From Mytilus trossulus (Eukaryota): a stretch of 64,000 bases of DNA. The notes under the pieces were generated by a model, which worked only from the letters and a program-made list of their open reading frames with translations, was not told the origin of the DNA and made no database searches. The position numbers were made by a program, and so were the translations under genes. The stretch is from the NCBI RefSeq assembly GCF_036588685.1, contig NC_086374.1:22320001-22384000 (forward strand). Direction: 5' to 3'. This document shows, one piece after another, positions 42,901-56,000 of this stretch (position 1 is the first letter of the stretch; each line of letters opens with the position of its first letter).

Positions 42901-45900
42901 ATTACTTACAGGTATTCTATCTATTACAGTTGTATCCTGTTTGATTTTCACAATTACAGATTCAACATTGGTTTCATCAAAAGTTATGGAGTACAATTGT
43001 GATGTATCATCTTCATCGTTTATCTTAAAGATAAGTTTAGGGTTTTCGTCTGTATCAGCTGGACTCCATCCTTTTGGTTTCTGTGAATCTGATGGTAGAT
43101 CCCCTGGAGTATTAGAAGAACTATCTACTGTGACATCAGATGGTTGGGATCCATCCAACATGACTTTAACGCACTCTGTAATAAACAAAGACATATCCTC
43201 GTGTATAATCAAAAGACAACATTTAAATGAGTAAAGATACATGATTACAATCATTAGCGGATACTGGAGATATATATATATATATATCAATTGTTTGACA
43301 TGTTCAAGTTTGACGGTTAATTTGTTTTCTTTAAGTTCAATTTAAATCTACTTTCAATGATTAAATGAACAATTAAAAGAATATCTGATTCCTGTTTTCC
43401 ACACTCAGTACGTTATTTTACATTTTACGCAAAAGCAAAGTCTTCTTCGACATTGAACAAGTCATATTGAGTGCTGATTTACGTATCAGATATCACATTG
43501 CAAGATCTTTTTATTTTGAAACTCACCAAGATACATTTTTCGCAATAATAAAAAGCTTGCAATAATTTCGAAATTTACAGTAATTTGTATAAACATAAAC
43601 ATCGACAGTACAACATAGCATTACACCCGACAGTACTCGTCAACACCGAAATAAAAACAAATATAAATGACAAAGAAATTACCTGTTGTTGTCAAAACGG
43701 TTGTTGTTGAAGAAACTCTTGGTGTAGTTTCAGATGTTATGACAGTAGTTTCTGTAGTTGACGATGGTGTTGTAGTGATAGTTGTAGTAGTAGGTTGTGT
43801 CGATACAGAACTACTAACACTTGGAGTTGTTACGACACTGGTTCCAGTTGTTTGTGTCGTTGATGTGGTAGGGGCTTTTGTAGTAATAGCAGTAGTTGTT
43901 TCTGTGAAAAATGATTCAAAAAATATCAGAACATATACAAGAAATACAATGACGAGACGTGTTTCATAAGAAGTGATAAAAAAATGAATCATCAATTTGA
44001 ATTCATAAAGAAAACAGAGAATTCCAAACAAGCATTGTTCCCAAAGCAACAAACTATTTTATCAATTCAAAGATGTCTTAATACGTCCATCAAGGTAAAA
44101 GGCATATACTATGGAAAACTAAATTACTGACATTATGAATATATACAAAACGGAAAGAGTGATATTTCCACTTATTCTACTCTGTAAAAAACACAAAATA
44201 ATGAATCGAAGCACTCTTTTATAAGAAAAATGTTCATTAATATATAAATAATACATAAAGTCAATAATTACTTACCAATCTCTTCGAAACATGCCTTAAT
44301 AACCACATTACTAATTGTTGGTGTCTCATCAGTAGTGTCTGGTTGAATAATCAATTCGATGATGTTTCCAGGTTTTCCACCTAGACTGATAGGACTGTCA
44401 AAGTTGTCAACCTGCAAAAGAAAGTATTTTCGTATGATCATCTATGCGTCATCTCGTTGCTTAAGGGTTTTGTTGGAGATTTCTTATGATGCGCTGGTTT
44501 ATCAAAGTACTTCTTAGCAGAAACTTTATTACTCATTATTTCGTTCTAAAAATTGACGAAATAAAAGATCGTATTACTTACAGGTATTCTATCTATTACA
44601 GTTGTATCCTGTTTGATTTTCACAATTACAGATTCAACATTGGTTTCATCAAAAGTTATGGAGTACAATTGTGATGTATCATCTTCATCGTTTATCTTAA
44701 AGATAAGTTTAGGGTTTTCGTCTGTATCAGCTGGACTCCATCCTTTTGGTTTCTGTGAATCTGATGGTAGATCCCCTGGAGCATTAGAAGAACTATCTAC
44801 TGTGACATCAGATGGTTGGGATCCATCCAACATGACTTTAACGCACTCTATAATAAACAAAGACATATCCTCGTGTATAATCAAAAGACAACATTTAAAT
44901 GAGTAAAGAAACATGATTACAATCATTAGCAGATACTGGAGATATATATATATATATATCAATTGTTTGACGTGTAAAAATTTGACGGTTAATTTGTTTT
45001 CTTCAAGCTAAATTTAAATCTACTTTAAATGATTAAATGAACAATTAAAAGAATATTTGATTCCTGTTTTCCACACTCAGGACGTAATTTAACATTTTAC
45101 GCAAAAGCAAAGTCTTCTTCGACATTGAACAAGTCATATTGAGTGCTGATTTATGTATCAGATATCACAATGCAAGTTCTTTTTATTTTGAAACTCACCA
45201 AGATACATTTTTCGCAATAATAAAAAGCTTGCAATAATTTCAAAATAAACAGTAATTTGTATAAACATAAACATCGACAGTACAACATAGCATTACACCC
45301 GACAGTACTCGTCAACACCGAAATAAAAACAAATATAAATGACAAAGAAATTACCTGTTGTTGTCAAAACGGTTGTTGTTGAAGAAACTCTTGGTGTAGT
45401 TTCAGATGTTATGACAGTAGTTTCTGTAGTTGACGATGGTGTTGTAGTGATAGTTGTAGTAGTAGGTTGTGTCGATACAGAACTACTAACACTTGGAGTT
45501 GTTACGACACTGGTTCCAGTTGTTTGTGTCGTTGATGTGGTAGGGGCTTTTGTAGTAATAGCAGTAGTTGTTTCTGTGAAAAATGATTCAAAAAATATCA
45601 GAACATATACAAGAAATACAATGACGAGACGTGTTTCATAAGAAGTGATAAAAAAATGAATCATAAATTTGAATTCATAAGGAAAACAGAGAATTCCAAA
45701 CAAGCATTGTTCCCAAAGCAACAAACTATTTTATCAATTCAAAGATGTCTTAATACGTCCATCAAGGTAAAAGGCATATACTATGGAAAACTGAATTACT
45801 GACATTATGAATATATACAAAACGGAAAGAGTTTTATTTCCACTTATTCTACTCTGTAAAAAACACAAAATAATGAATCGAAGCATTCTTTTATAAGAAA

Positions 45901-48900
45901 AATGTGCATTAATATATAAATAATACATAAAGTCAATAATTACTTACCAATCTCTTCGAAACATGCCTTAATAACCACATTACTAATTGTTGGTGTCTCA
46001 TCAGTAGTGTCTGGTTGAATAATCAATTCGATGATGTTTCCAGGTTTTCCACCTAGACTGATAGGACTGTCAAAGTTGTCAACCTGCAAGAGAAAGTATT
46101 TTCGTATGATCATCTATGCGTCATCTCGTTGCTTAAGGGTTTTGTTGGAGATTTCTTATGATGCGCTGGTTTATCAAAGTACTTCTTAGCAGAAACTTTA
46201 TTACTCAATATTTCGTTCTAAAAATTGACGAAATAAAAGATCGTATTACTTACAGGTATTCTATCTATTACAGTTGTATCCTGTTTGATTTTCACAATTA
46301 CAGATTCAACATTGGTTTCATCAAAAGTTATGGAGTACAATTGAGATGTATCATCTTCATCGTTTATCTTAAAGATAAGTTTAGGGTTTTCGTCTGTATC
46401 AGCTGGACTCCATCCTTTTGGTTTCTGTGAATCTGATGGTAGATCCCCTGGAGCATTAGAAGAACTATCTACTGTGACATCAGATGGTTGGGATCCATCC
46501 AACATGACTTTAACGCACTCTGTAATAAACAAAGACATATCCTCGTGTATAATCAAAAGACAACATTTAAATGAGATACATGATTACAATCATTAGCGGA
46601 TACTGGAGATATATATATATATATATCAATTGTTTGACATGTTCAAGTTTGACGGTTAATTTGTTTTCTTTAAGTTCAATTTAAATCTACTTTCAATGAT
46701 TAAATGAACAATTAAAAGAATATCTAATTCCTGTTTTCCACACTCAGTACGTTATTTTACATTTTACGCAAAAGCAAAGTCTTCTTCGACATTGGACAAG
46801 TCATATTGAGTGCTGATTTACGTATCAGATATCACATTGCAAGATCTTTTTATTTTGAAACTCACCAAGATACATTTTTCGCAATAATAAAAAGCTTGCA
46901 ATAATTTCGAAATTTACAGTAATTTGTATAAACATAAACATCGACAGTACAACATAGCATTACACCCGACAGTACTCGTCAACACCGAAATAAAAACAAA
47001 TATAAATGACAAAGAAATTACCTGTTGTTGTCAAAACGGTTGTTGTTGAAGAAACTCTTGGTGTAGTTTCAGATGTTATGACAGTAGTTTCTGTAGTTGA
47101 CGATGGTGTTGTAGTGATAGTTGTAGTAGTAGGTTGTGTCGATACAGAACTACTTACACTTGGAGTTGTTACGACACTGGTTCCAGTTGTTTGTGTCGTT
47201 GATGTGGTAGGGGCTTTTGTAGTAATAGCAGTAGTTGTTTCTGTGAAAAATGATTCAAAAAATATCAGAACATATACAAGAAATACAATGACGAGACGTG
47301 TTTCATAAGAAGTGATCAAAAAATGAATCATCAATTTGAATTCATAAAGAAAACAGAGAATTCCAAACAAGCATTGTTCCCAAAGCAACAAACTATTTTA
47401 TCAATTCAAAGATGTCTTAATACGTCCATCAAGGTAAAAGGCATATACTATGGAAAACTGAATTACTGACATTATGAATATATACAAAACGGAAAGAGTG
47501 ATATTTCCACTTATTCTACTCTGAAAAAAACTCAAAATAATGAATCGAAGCACTCTTTTATAAGAAAAATGTTCATTAATATATAAATAATACATAAAGT
47601 CAATAATTACTTACCAATCTCTTCGAAACATGCCTTAATTACTACATTACTAATTGTTGTTGTCTCATCAGTAGTGTCTGGTTTAATAATCAATTCGATG
47701 ATGTTTCCAGGTTTTCCACCTAGACTGATAGGACTGTCAAAGTTGTCAACCTGCAAGAGAAAGTAATTTCGTATGATCATCTATGCGTCTCTCGTTGCTT
47801 AAGGGCTTTGTTGGAGAAATCTTATGATGCGCTGGTGTATCAAAGTACTTCTTAGCTGAAACTTTATTATTCAATATTTCGTTCGAAAAATTGACGGAAT
47901 AAAAGATCGTATTACTTACAGGTATTCTATCTATTACAGTTGTATCCTGTTTAATTTTCACAATTACAGATTCAACATTGGTTTCATCAAAAGTTATTGA
48001 ATACAATTGTGATGTATCATCTTCATCGTTTATCTTAAAGATAAGTTTAGGGTTTTCGTCTGTATCAGCTGGACTCCATCCTTTTGGTTTCTGTGAATCT
48101 GATGGTAGATCTCCTGGAGCATTAGAAGAACTATCTACTGTGACATCAGATGGTTGTGCTCCATCCAACATAACTTTAACGCACTCTGTAATAAACATAG
48201 ACATATCCTCGTGTATAATCAAAAGACAACATTTAAATGAGTAAAGATACATGATTTCAATCATTAGCAGATACTGGAGATATATATATATATATATCAA
48301 TTGTTTGACATGTTAAAGTTTGACGGTTAATTTGTTTTCTTTAAGTTCAATTTAAATCTACTTTCAATGATTAAATGAATAATTAAAAGAATATTTGATT
48401 CCTGTTTTCCACACTCAGTACGTTATTTTACATTTTATGCAAAACCAAAGTCTTCTTCGACATTGAACAAATCATATTGAGAGCTGATTTATGTATCAGA
48501 TATCAGAATGCAAGATCTTTTTATTTTGAAACTCACAAAGATACATTTTTCGCAATAATAAAAAGCTTGCAATAGTTTTGAAATTTACAGTAACTTGTAT
48601 AAACATAAACATCGACAGTACAACATAGCATTACACCCGACAGTACTCGTTAACACCGAAATAAAAACAAATATAAATGACAAAGAAATTACCTGTTGTT
48701 GTCAAAACGGTTGTTGTTGATGAAACTCTTGGTGTAGTTTCAGATGTTATGACAGTAGTTTCTGTAGTTGACGATGGTGTTGTAGTGATAGTTGTAGTAG
48801 TAGGTTGTGTCGATACAGAACTACTAACACTTGGAGTTGTTACGACACTGGTTCCAGTTGTTTGTGTCGTTGATGTAGTAGGAGCTTTTGTAGTAATAGC

Positions 48901-49946
48901 AGTAGTTGTTTCTTTGAAAAATGATTCAAAAAATATCAGAACATATAAAAGAAATACAATGACGAGACGTGTTCCATAAGAAGTGAAATAATGAGTCATC
49001 AATTCGAATTCATAAAGAAAACAGAGAATTCCAAACAAGCATTGTTCCCAAAGCAACTAACTATTTTATCAATTCAAAGATGTCTTAATACAGCCATCAA
49101 GGTAAAAGGCATATACTACTGAAAACTGAATTACTGACATTATGAATATATACAAAACGGAAAGAGTGATATTTACACTTATTCTACTCTGTAAAAAACA
49201 CAAGAAAATGAAACGAAGCACTATTTTCATAAGAAAATTGTTCATTAATATATAAATAATACATAAAGTCAATGATTACTTACCAATCTCTTCGAAACAT
49301 GCCTTAATAACCACATTACTAATTGTTGGTGTCTCATCAGTAGTGTCTGGTTTAATAATCAATTCGATGATGTTTCCAGGTTTTCCACCTAGACTGATAG
49401 GACTGTCAAAGTTGTCAACCTGCAAGAGAAAGTAATTTCGTATGATCATCTATGCGTCATCTCGTTGCTTAAGGGCTTTGTTGGAGAATTCTTATGATGC
49501 GCTTGTTTATCAAAGTACTTCTTAGCAGAAACTTTATTATTCAACATTTCGTTCTAAAAATTGACGAAATAAAAGATCGTATTACTTACAGGTATTCTAT
49601 CTATTACAGTTGTATCCTGTTTGATTTTCACAATTACAGATTCAACATTGGTTTCATCAAAAGTTATTGAGTACAATTGTGATGTATCATCTTCATCGTT
49701 TATCTTAAAGATAAGTTTAGGGTTTTCGTCTGTATCAGCTGGACTCCATCCTTTTGGTTTCTGTGAATCTGATGGTAGATCCCCTGGAGCATTAGAAGAA
49801 CTATCTACTGTGACATCAGATGGTTGTGCTCCATCCAACATGACTTTAACGCACTCTGTAATAAACAAAGACATATCCTCGTGTATAATCAAAAGACAAC
49901 ATTTAAATGAGTAAAGATACATGATTTCAATCATTAGCAGATACTG

Positions 49947-50007
<61 letters not shown>

Positions 50008-53000
50008 ATTGTTTGACATGTTAAAGTTTGACGGTTAATTTGTTTTCTTTAAGTTCATTTTTAATCTACTTTCAATGATTAAATGAACAATTAAGGGGGC
50101 TCCTGGGTATAAATGATTTTTTTTTTTCTAATATAGGATTTCGCTATATTTTTTCATAAATAAACTTTATCATATACTTAAAAGAAAAATGAAATAAAAA
50201 AATTGGGTCACCGTTCATTTAAGCTAAAATCTGCCTCTGGAAGAAGCATACATTTTTGTTAATGTTTCTGTTGAACTAATAGGAGAAAAAGAGGAAATAT
50301 CGAAATAAAAAAATAAAAAAATAAAAAAATATAAGAAATCGCTTTAATGTTACAATTATTTAGTTTATGTACAGCTTATTTGAAAACAATAATAAAAAAT
50401 ATAGGTCACCGATGAGTTAAAAAATATATTTCAAATTTAAGGCCAAAAAATGGCTTTTTTGCACCAAAGGGAGATAATTTGGAGCTTTTTCAATTTTCAA
50501 AGTCATCTGGGGCCAAACCAAATCATTGTTTTGGGTTGTTTTTTGTACCATTTCATAAAGTAACAACTAATAGTGTAATAAATAAAATTTGTAATGACAA
50601 AATAAAGGTTGAATTTTTTGCTAAAATTTTTGTACCCACGAGCCACATTAAAAGAATATTTGATTCCTGTTTTCCACACTCAGTACGTTATTTTACATTT
50701 TACGCAAAAGCAAAGTCTTCTTCGACATTGAACAAGTCATATTGAGTGCTAATTTATGTATCAGATATCAGAATGCAAGATCTTTTTATTTTGAAACTCA
50801 CAAAGATACATTTTTCGCAATTATAAAAAGCTTGCAATAATATCAAAATTTACAGTAACTTGTATAAACACAAACATCGACAGTACAACATAGCATACCA
50901 CCCGACATTACTCGTTAACACCGAAATAAAAACAAATATAAATGACAAAGAAATTACCTGTTGTTGTCAAAACGGTTGTTGTTGAAGAAACTCTTGGTGT
51001 AGTTTCAGATGTTATGACAGTAGTTTCTGTAGTTGACGATGGTGTTGTAGTGATAGTTGTAGTAGTAGGTTGTGTCGATACAGAACTACTAACACTTGGA
51101 GTTGTTACGACACTGGTTCCAGTTGTTTGTGTCGTTGATGTAGTAGGAGCTTTTGTAGTAATAGCAGTAGTTGTTTCTGTGAAAAATGATTCAAAAAATA
51201 TCAGAACATATAAAAGAAATACAATGACGAGACGTGTTTCATAAGAAGTGAAAAAATGAGTCATCAATTTGAATTCATAAAGAAAACAGAGAATTCCAAA
51301 CAAGCATTGTTCCCAAAGCAACAAACTATTTTATCAATTCAAAGATGTATTTAATACGTCCATCAAGGTAAAAGGCATATACTACGGAAAACTGAATTAC
51401 TGACATTATGAATATATACAAAACGGAAAGAGTGATATTTACACTTATTCTGCTCTGTAAAAAACACAAGAAAATGAAACGAAGCACTCTTTTTATAAGA
51501 AAAATGTTCATTAATATATAAATAATACATAAAGTCAATGATTACTTACCAATCTCTTCGAAACATGCCTTAATAACCACATTACTAATGGTTGGTGTCT
51601 CATCAGTAGTGTCTGGTTTAATAATCAATTCGATGATGTTTCCAGGTTTTCCACCTAGACTGATAGGACTGTCAAAGTTGTCAACCTGCAAGAGAAAGTA
51701 ATTTCCTATGATCATCTATGCGTCATCTCGTTGCTTAAGGGCTTTGTTGGAGAATTCTTATGATGCGCTGGTTTATCAAAGTACTTCTTAGCAGAAACTT
51801 TATTATTCAATAATTGTTCTAAAAATGGTCGAAATAAAAGATCTTATTACTTACAGGTATTCTATCTATTACAGTTGTATCCTGTTTAATTTTCACAATT
51901 ACAGATTCAACATTGGTTTCATCAAAAGTTATGGAGTACAATTGTGATGTATCATCTTCATCGTTTATCTTAAAGATAAGTTTAGGGTTTTCGTCTGTAT
52001 CAGCTGGACTCCATCCTTTTGGTTTCTGTGAATCTGATGGTAGATCCCCTGGAGCATTAGAAGAACTATCTACTGTGACATCAGATGGTTGTGCTCCATC
52101 CAACATGACTTTAACGCACTCTGTAATAAACAAAGACATATCCTCGTGTACAATCAAAAGACAACATTTAAATGAGTAAAGATACATGATTTCAATTATT
52201 AGCAGAAACTGGAGATATGAATATATATCAATTGTTTGACGTGTAAAGTTTGACGGTTCATTTGTTTTCTTTAAGTTAAATTTAAATCTACCTTAAATGA
52301 TTAAATGAACAATTATAAGAATATTTGATTCCTGTTGTCCACACTCAGTACGAAATTTTACATTTTACGCAAAATCAAAGTTTTCTTCGACATTGAACAA
52401 GTCATATTGAGTGCTGATTTATGTATCAGATAACAGAATGCAAGTTCTTTTTATATTGAAACTCACCAAGATGAATTTTTCGCAATAATAAAAAGCTTGC
52501 AATAATTTCGAAATTTACAGTAACTTGTATAAACATAAACATCAGTACAACATAGCATACCACCCGACAGTACTCGTTAACATCGAAATAAAAAAAATAT
52601 AAATGACAAAGAAATTACCTGTTGTTGTCAAAACGGTTGTCGTTGATGAAACTCTTGGTGTAGTTTCAGATGTTATGACAGTAGTTTCTGTAGTTGACGA
52701 TGGTGTTGTAGTAATAGTTGTAGTAGTAGGTTGTGTCGATACAGAACTACTAACACTTGGTGTTGTTACGACACTGGTTCCAGTTGTTTGTGTCGTTGAT
52801 GTGGTAGGGGCTTTTGTAGTAATAGCAGTAGTTGTTTCTGTGAAAAATGATTCAATAAATATCAGAACATATAAAAGAAATACAATGACGAAACGTGTTT
52901 CATAAGAAGTGAAAAAATGAGTCATCAATTTGAATCCATAAAAAAAACAGAGAATTCCAAACAAGCAGTGTTCCCAAAGCAACAAACAATTTTATCAACT

Positions 53001-56000
53001 CAAAGATGTCTTAATACAGCCATCAACGTAAACGGCATATACTACTGAAAACTGAATTACTGACAATATGAATATATACAAAACGGAAAGAGTCATATTT
53101 CCATTTATTCTACTCGGCAAAAAACACAAGAAAATGAAACGAAGCACTCTTTTGTAACAAAAATGTTCATTAATATATAAATAATACATAAAGTCAATGA
53201 TTACTTACCAATCTCTTCGAAACATGCCTTAATAACCACATTACTAATGGTTGGTGTCTCATCAGTAGTGTCTGGTTTAATAATCAATTCGATGATGTTT
53301 CCAGGTTTTCCACCTAGACTGATAGGACTGTCAAAGTTGTCAACCTGAAAGAGAAAGTAATGTCTTATGATCATCTATGCGTCATCTCGTTGCTTACGTG
53401 TTTTGTTGGAGAATTCTTATGATGCGCTGGTTTATCAAAGTACTTCTTCGCAGAAACTTTGTTATTCAATATTTCGTTCTAAAAATGGTCGAAATAAAAG
53501 ATCTTATTACTTACAGGTATTCTATCTATTACAGTTGTATCCTGTTTAATTTTCACAATTACAGATTCAACATTGGTTTCATCAAAAGTTATGGAGTACA
53601 ATTGTGATGTATCATCTTCATCGTTTATCTTAAAGATAAGTTTAGGGTTTTCGTCTGTATCAGCTGGACTCCATCCTTTTGGTTTCTGTGAATCTGATGG
53701 TAGATCCCCTGGAGCATTAGAAGAACTTTCTACTGTGATATCAGATGGTTGTGCTCCATCCAACATGACTTTAACGCACTCTGTAATAAACAAAGACATA
53801 TCCTCGTGTATTATCAAAAGACAACATTTAAATAAGTAAAGATACATGATTACAATCATATGTAGATACTGGAGATATATATATTTCAATTGTTCGACAT
53901 GGTAAGGTTTGACGGTTAATTCAGTTTCTTTAAGTTAAATGTAAATCTACTTTCAATGATTAAATGAACAAGTAAAAGAATATTTGATTCCTGTTTTCCA
54001 CACTCAGTACCTAATTTTACATTTTACGCAAAAGCAAAGTCTTCTTCGACATTGAACAAGTCATATTGACTGCTGATTTATGTATCAGATATCCGAATGC
54101 AAGTTCTTTTTTATTTTGAAACTCGCAAAGATACATTTTTCGCAATAATAAAAAGCTTGCAATAATTTCAAAATAAACAGTAATTTGTATAAACAAAAAA
54201 ATCGACAGTAAAACATAGCATACCACCCGACAGTACTCGTTAACACCGAAATAAAAAAAATATAAATGACAAGAAATTACCTGTTGTTGTCAAAACGGTT
54301 GTTGTTGAAGAAACTCTTGGTGTAGTTTCAGATGTTATGACAGTAGTTTCTGTAGTTGACGATGGTGTCGTAGTGATAGTTGTAGTAGTAGGTTGTGTCG
54401 ATACAGAACTACTAACACTTGGAGTTGTTACGACACTGGTTCCAGTTGTTTGTGTCGATGGTGTGGTAGGGCCTGTTGTAGTAATAGCAATAGTTGATTC
54501 TGAAAAAGTTCAAAAAAGTGTGAGAACATATCAGAAATGTTTTGTAAAACATTAATTAGGCATTAACGCAAAATGTTCTTAAAAGGTTAAAGTAAATATG
54601 TCTTTAAACTGAGTTTATCTTTTTCCAGATTTATTGTGTTTAAAATAAGAACAAATATGATGCGTTTAGGTATGAGAATTACATGCTGCGCTACACTTGA
54701 TATTTTATTTGAGATGACGAAAATATTGTTAAGCGATTAGGATATGTCTCATCTATGTTAAATTGGTTATATATCAGCTTATCTATGGTGAAAAAAAGCC
54801 CACACCTTATCTTTTGAATAGTGGTTAAAATATGCCTTATCTACCGTATTGTGATTAAAAAAATGCGTGGTATAGTTTATATTGGTTAGAATACTCATTA
54901 TTTATGGTAAAGTGGGTAAATTTCAGCTTACCTATGGTAAAGTGGTAAGAATGAGAATCTATGAACTAGTTAATAGAATAAATCTTATATATGGAATAGT
55001 GGTTAAAAAAAAAGTAAAAATTAGTAGGTCTTACGGAAGTACAATACTTCAACTGTTTAGTATTGTATCAAGTAAAAGCTAGATAAATTGAAGGTGAAAA
55101 ATAATATGCATACCACTTGTTGTTGAGGAAGGCGTTGTGGTTGATCTTGGTATTGTGTGAGTTGTTTTCATTGGTTTTGTTGTTGTTTCTGTAAAGAAAT
55201 ATAAAATATATTGAATTGTACTTATAAAGCTTTATGATTTTTTATAAATAAACATGCATAGAAGTAAAATCAACGATATCAGACTTAATCTTTAACTTCA
55301 AAGGAAAAAGCCTTTCACAAAGTTTACATTCCTAAATTTGTTAAAAGAGTTTAACAGATTTCTATTTATGGTATTTAACTGTAGTATGTGCTTACAGTTC
55401 TTTATGTTAAGATTCATAGGATATGAAACGGTTCTTCTACGCTACAGGAACATCACAAATTTATTATCTTTGGATTTGTCAATAGTGTTTCCTAGTTTAG
55501 TGTCATTTGTAATATCATATTTCAAAATAGAAATTCAAAATGTACACATCTAATATTGAAATGGAGGTTTCCCTTGTGCGCTACTGAGTCATTATTGTCA
55601 ATGAACAGATAATGTTTGTTTTATCTGTATCTCCAACAGAATTATATAAATAAATTAAAATTGTGGTCTAGTATGAATAAATTATATGCTCGTCTTTGTG
55701 TGTGTGTGTGTATGTGTAATATATATGTAATATATATGCATATTCTATTACTAATATCATTTCAACTGATCGGGCGGAGCTTACGTTTTAATTTGCATAA
55801 GGACAGTCTATTTGAAGATGTGTGTGATAAGGATGATTGCCGTTATAATTATTACTGATTTCTAATCACCTATCAGTGTCATTAAAGGAATTTACAAAAC
55901 AATAACTGGACACTTCATTGATGAGTTTATTCTAAATAACCTATCTATAGATGGACTAGTTTATTATGAGCGAACCGGTTAAACTCCGCCTAGTCAAGTG

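Larger units (their letters stand above)
38000..54500. repeat. Tandem array of ~1.67-kb three-exon units (linker + domain a + domain b) with near-identical introns
   Basis: Linker exon starts spaced 1662, 1661, 2265 (insertion), 1671, 1667, 1672, 1671 and 1663 bp. Confidence 0.95.

Noticed and set aside
706-53889. Repeated 87-184 aa ORFs read as a family of small standalone genes with hydrophobic 'signal peptides'
   Set aside because: The apparent N-termini are translated AT-rich intron and polypyrimidine tract. Exon boundaries fall at AG/GT sites and the phases chain into one gene.
36875-54555. Plus-strand Val-rich ORFs (MTKKLPVVVKTVVV...) and antisense ORFs over domain exons
   Set aside because: Reverse-complement shadows of Thr-rich and domain exons; they recur only because the unit is duplicated
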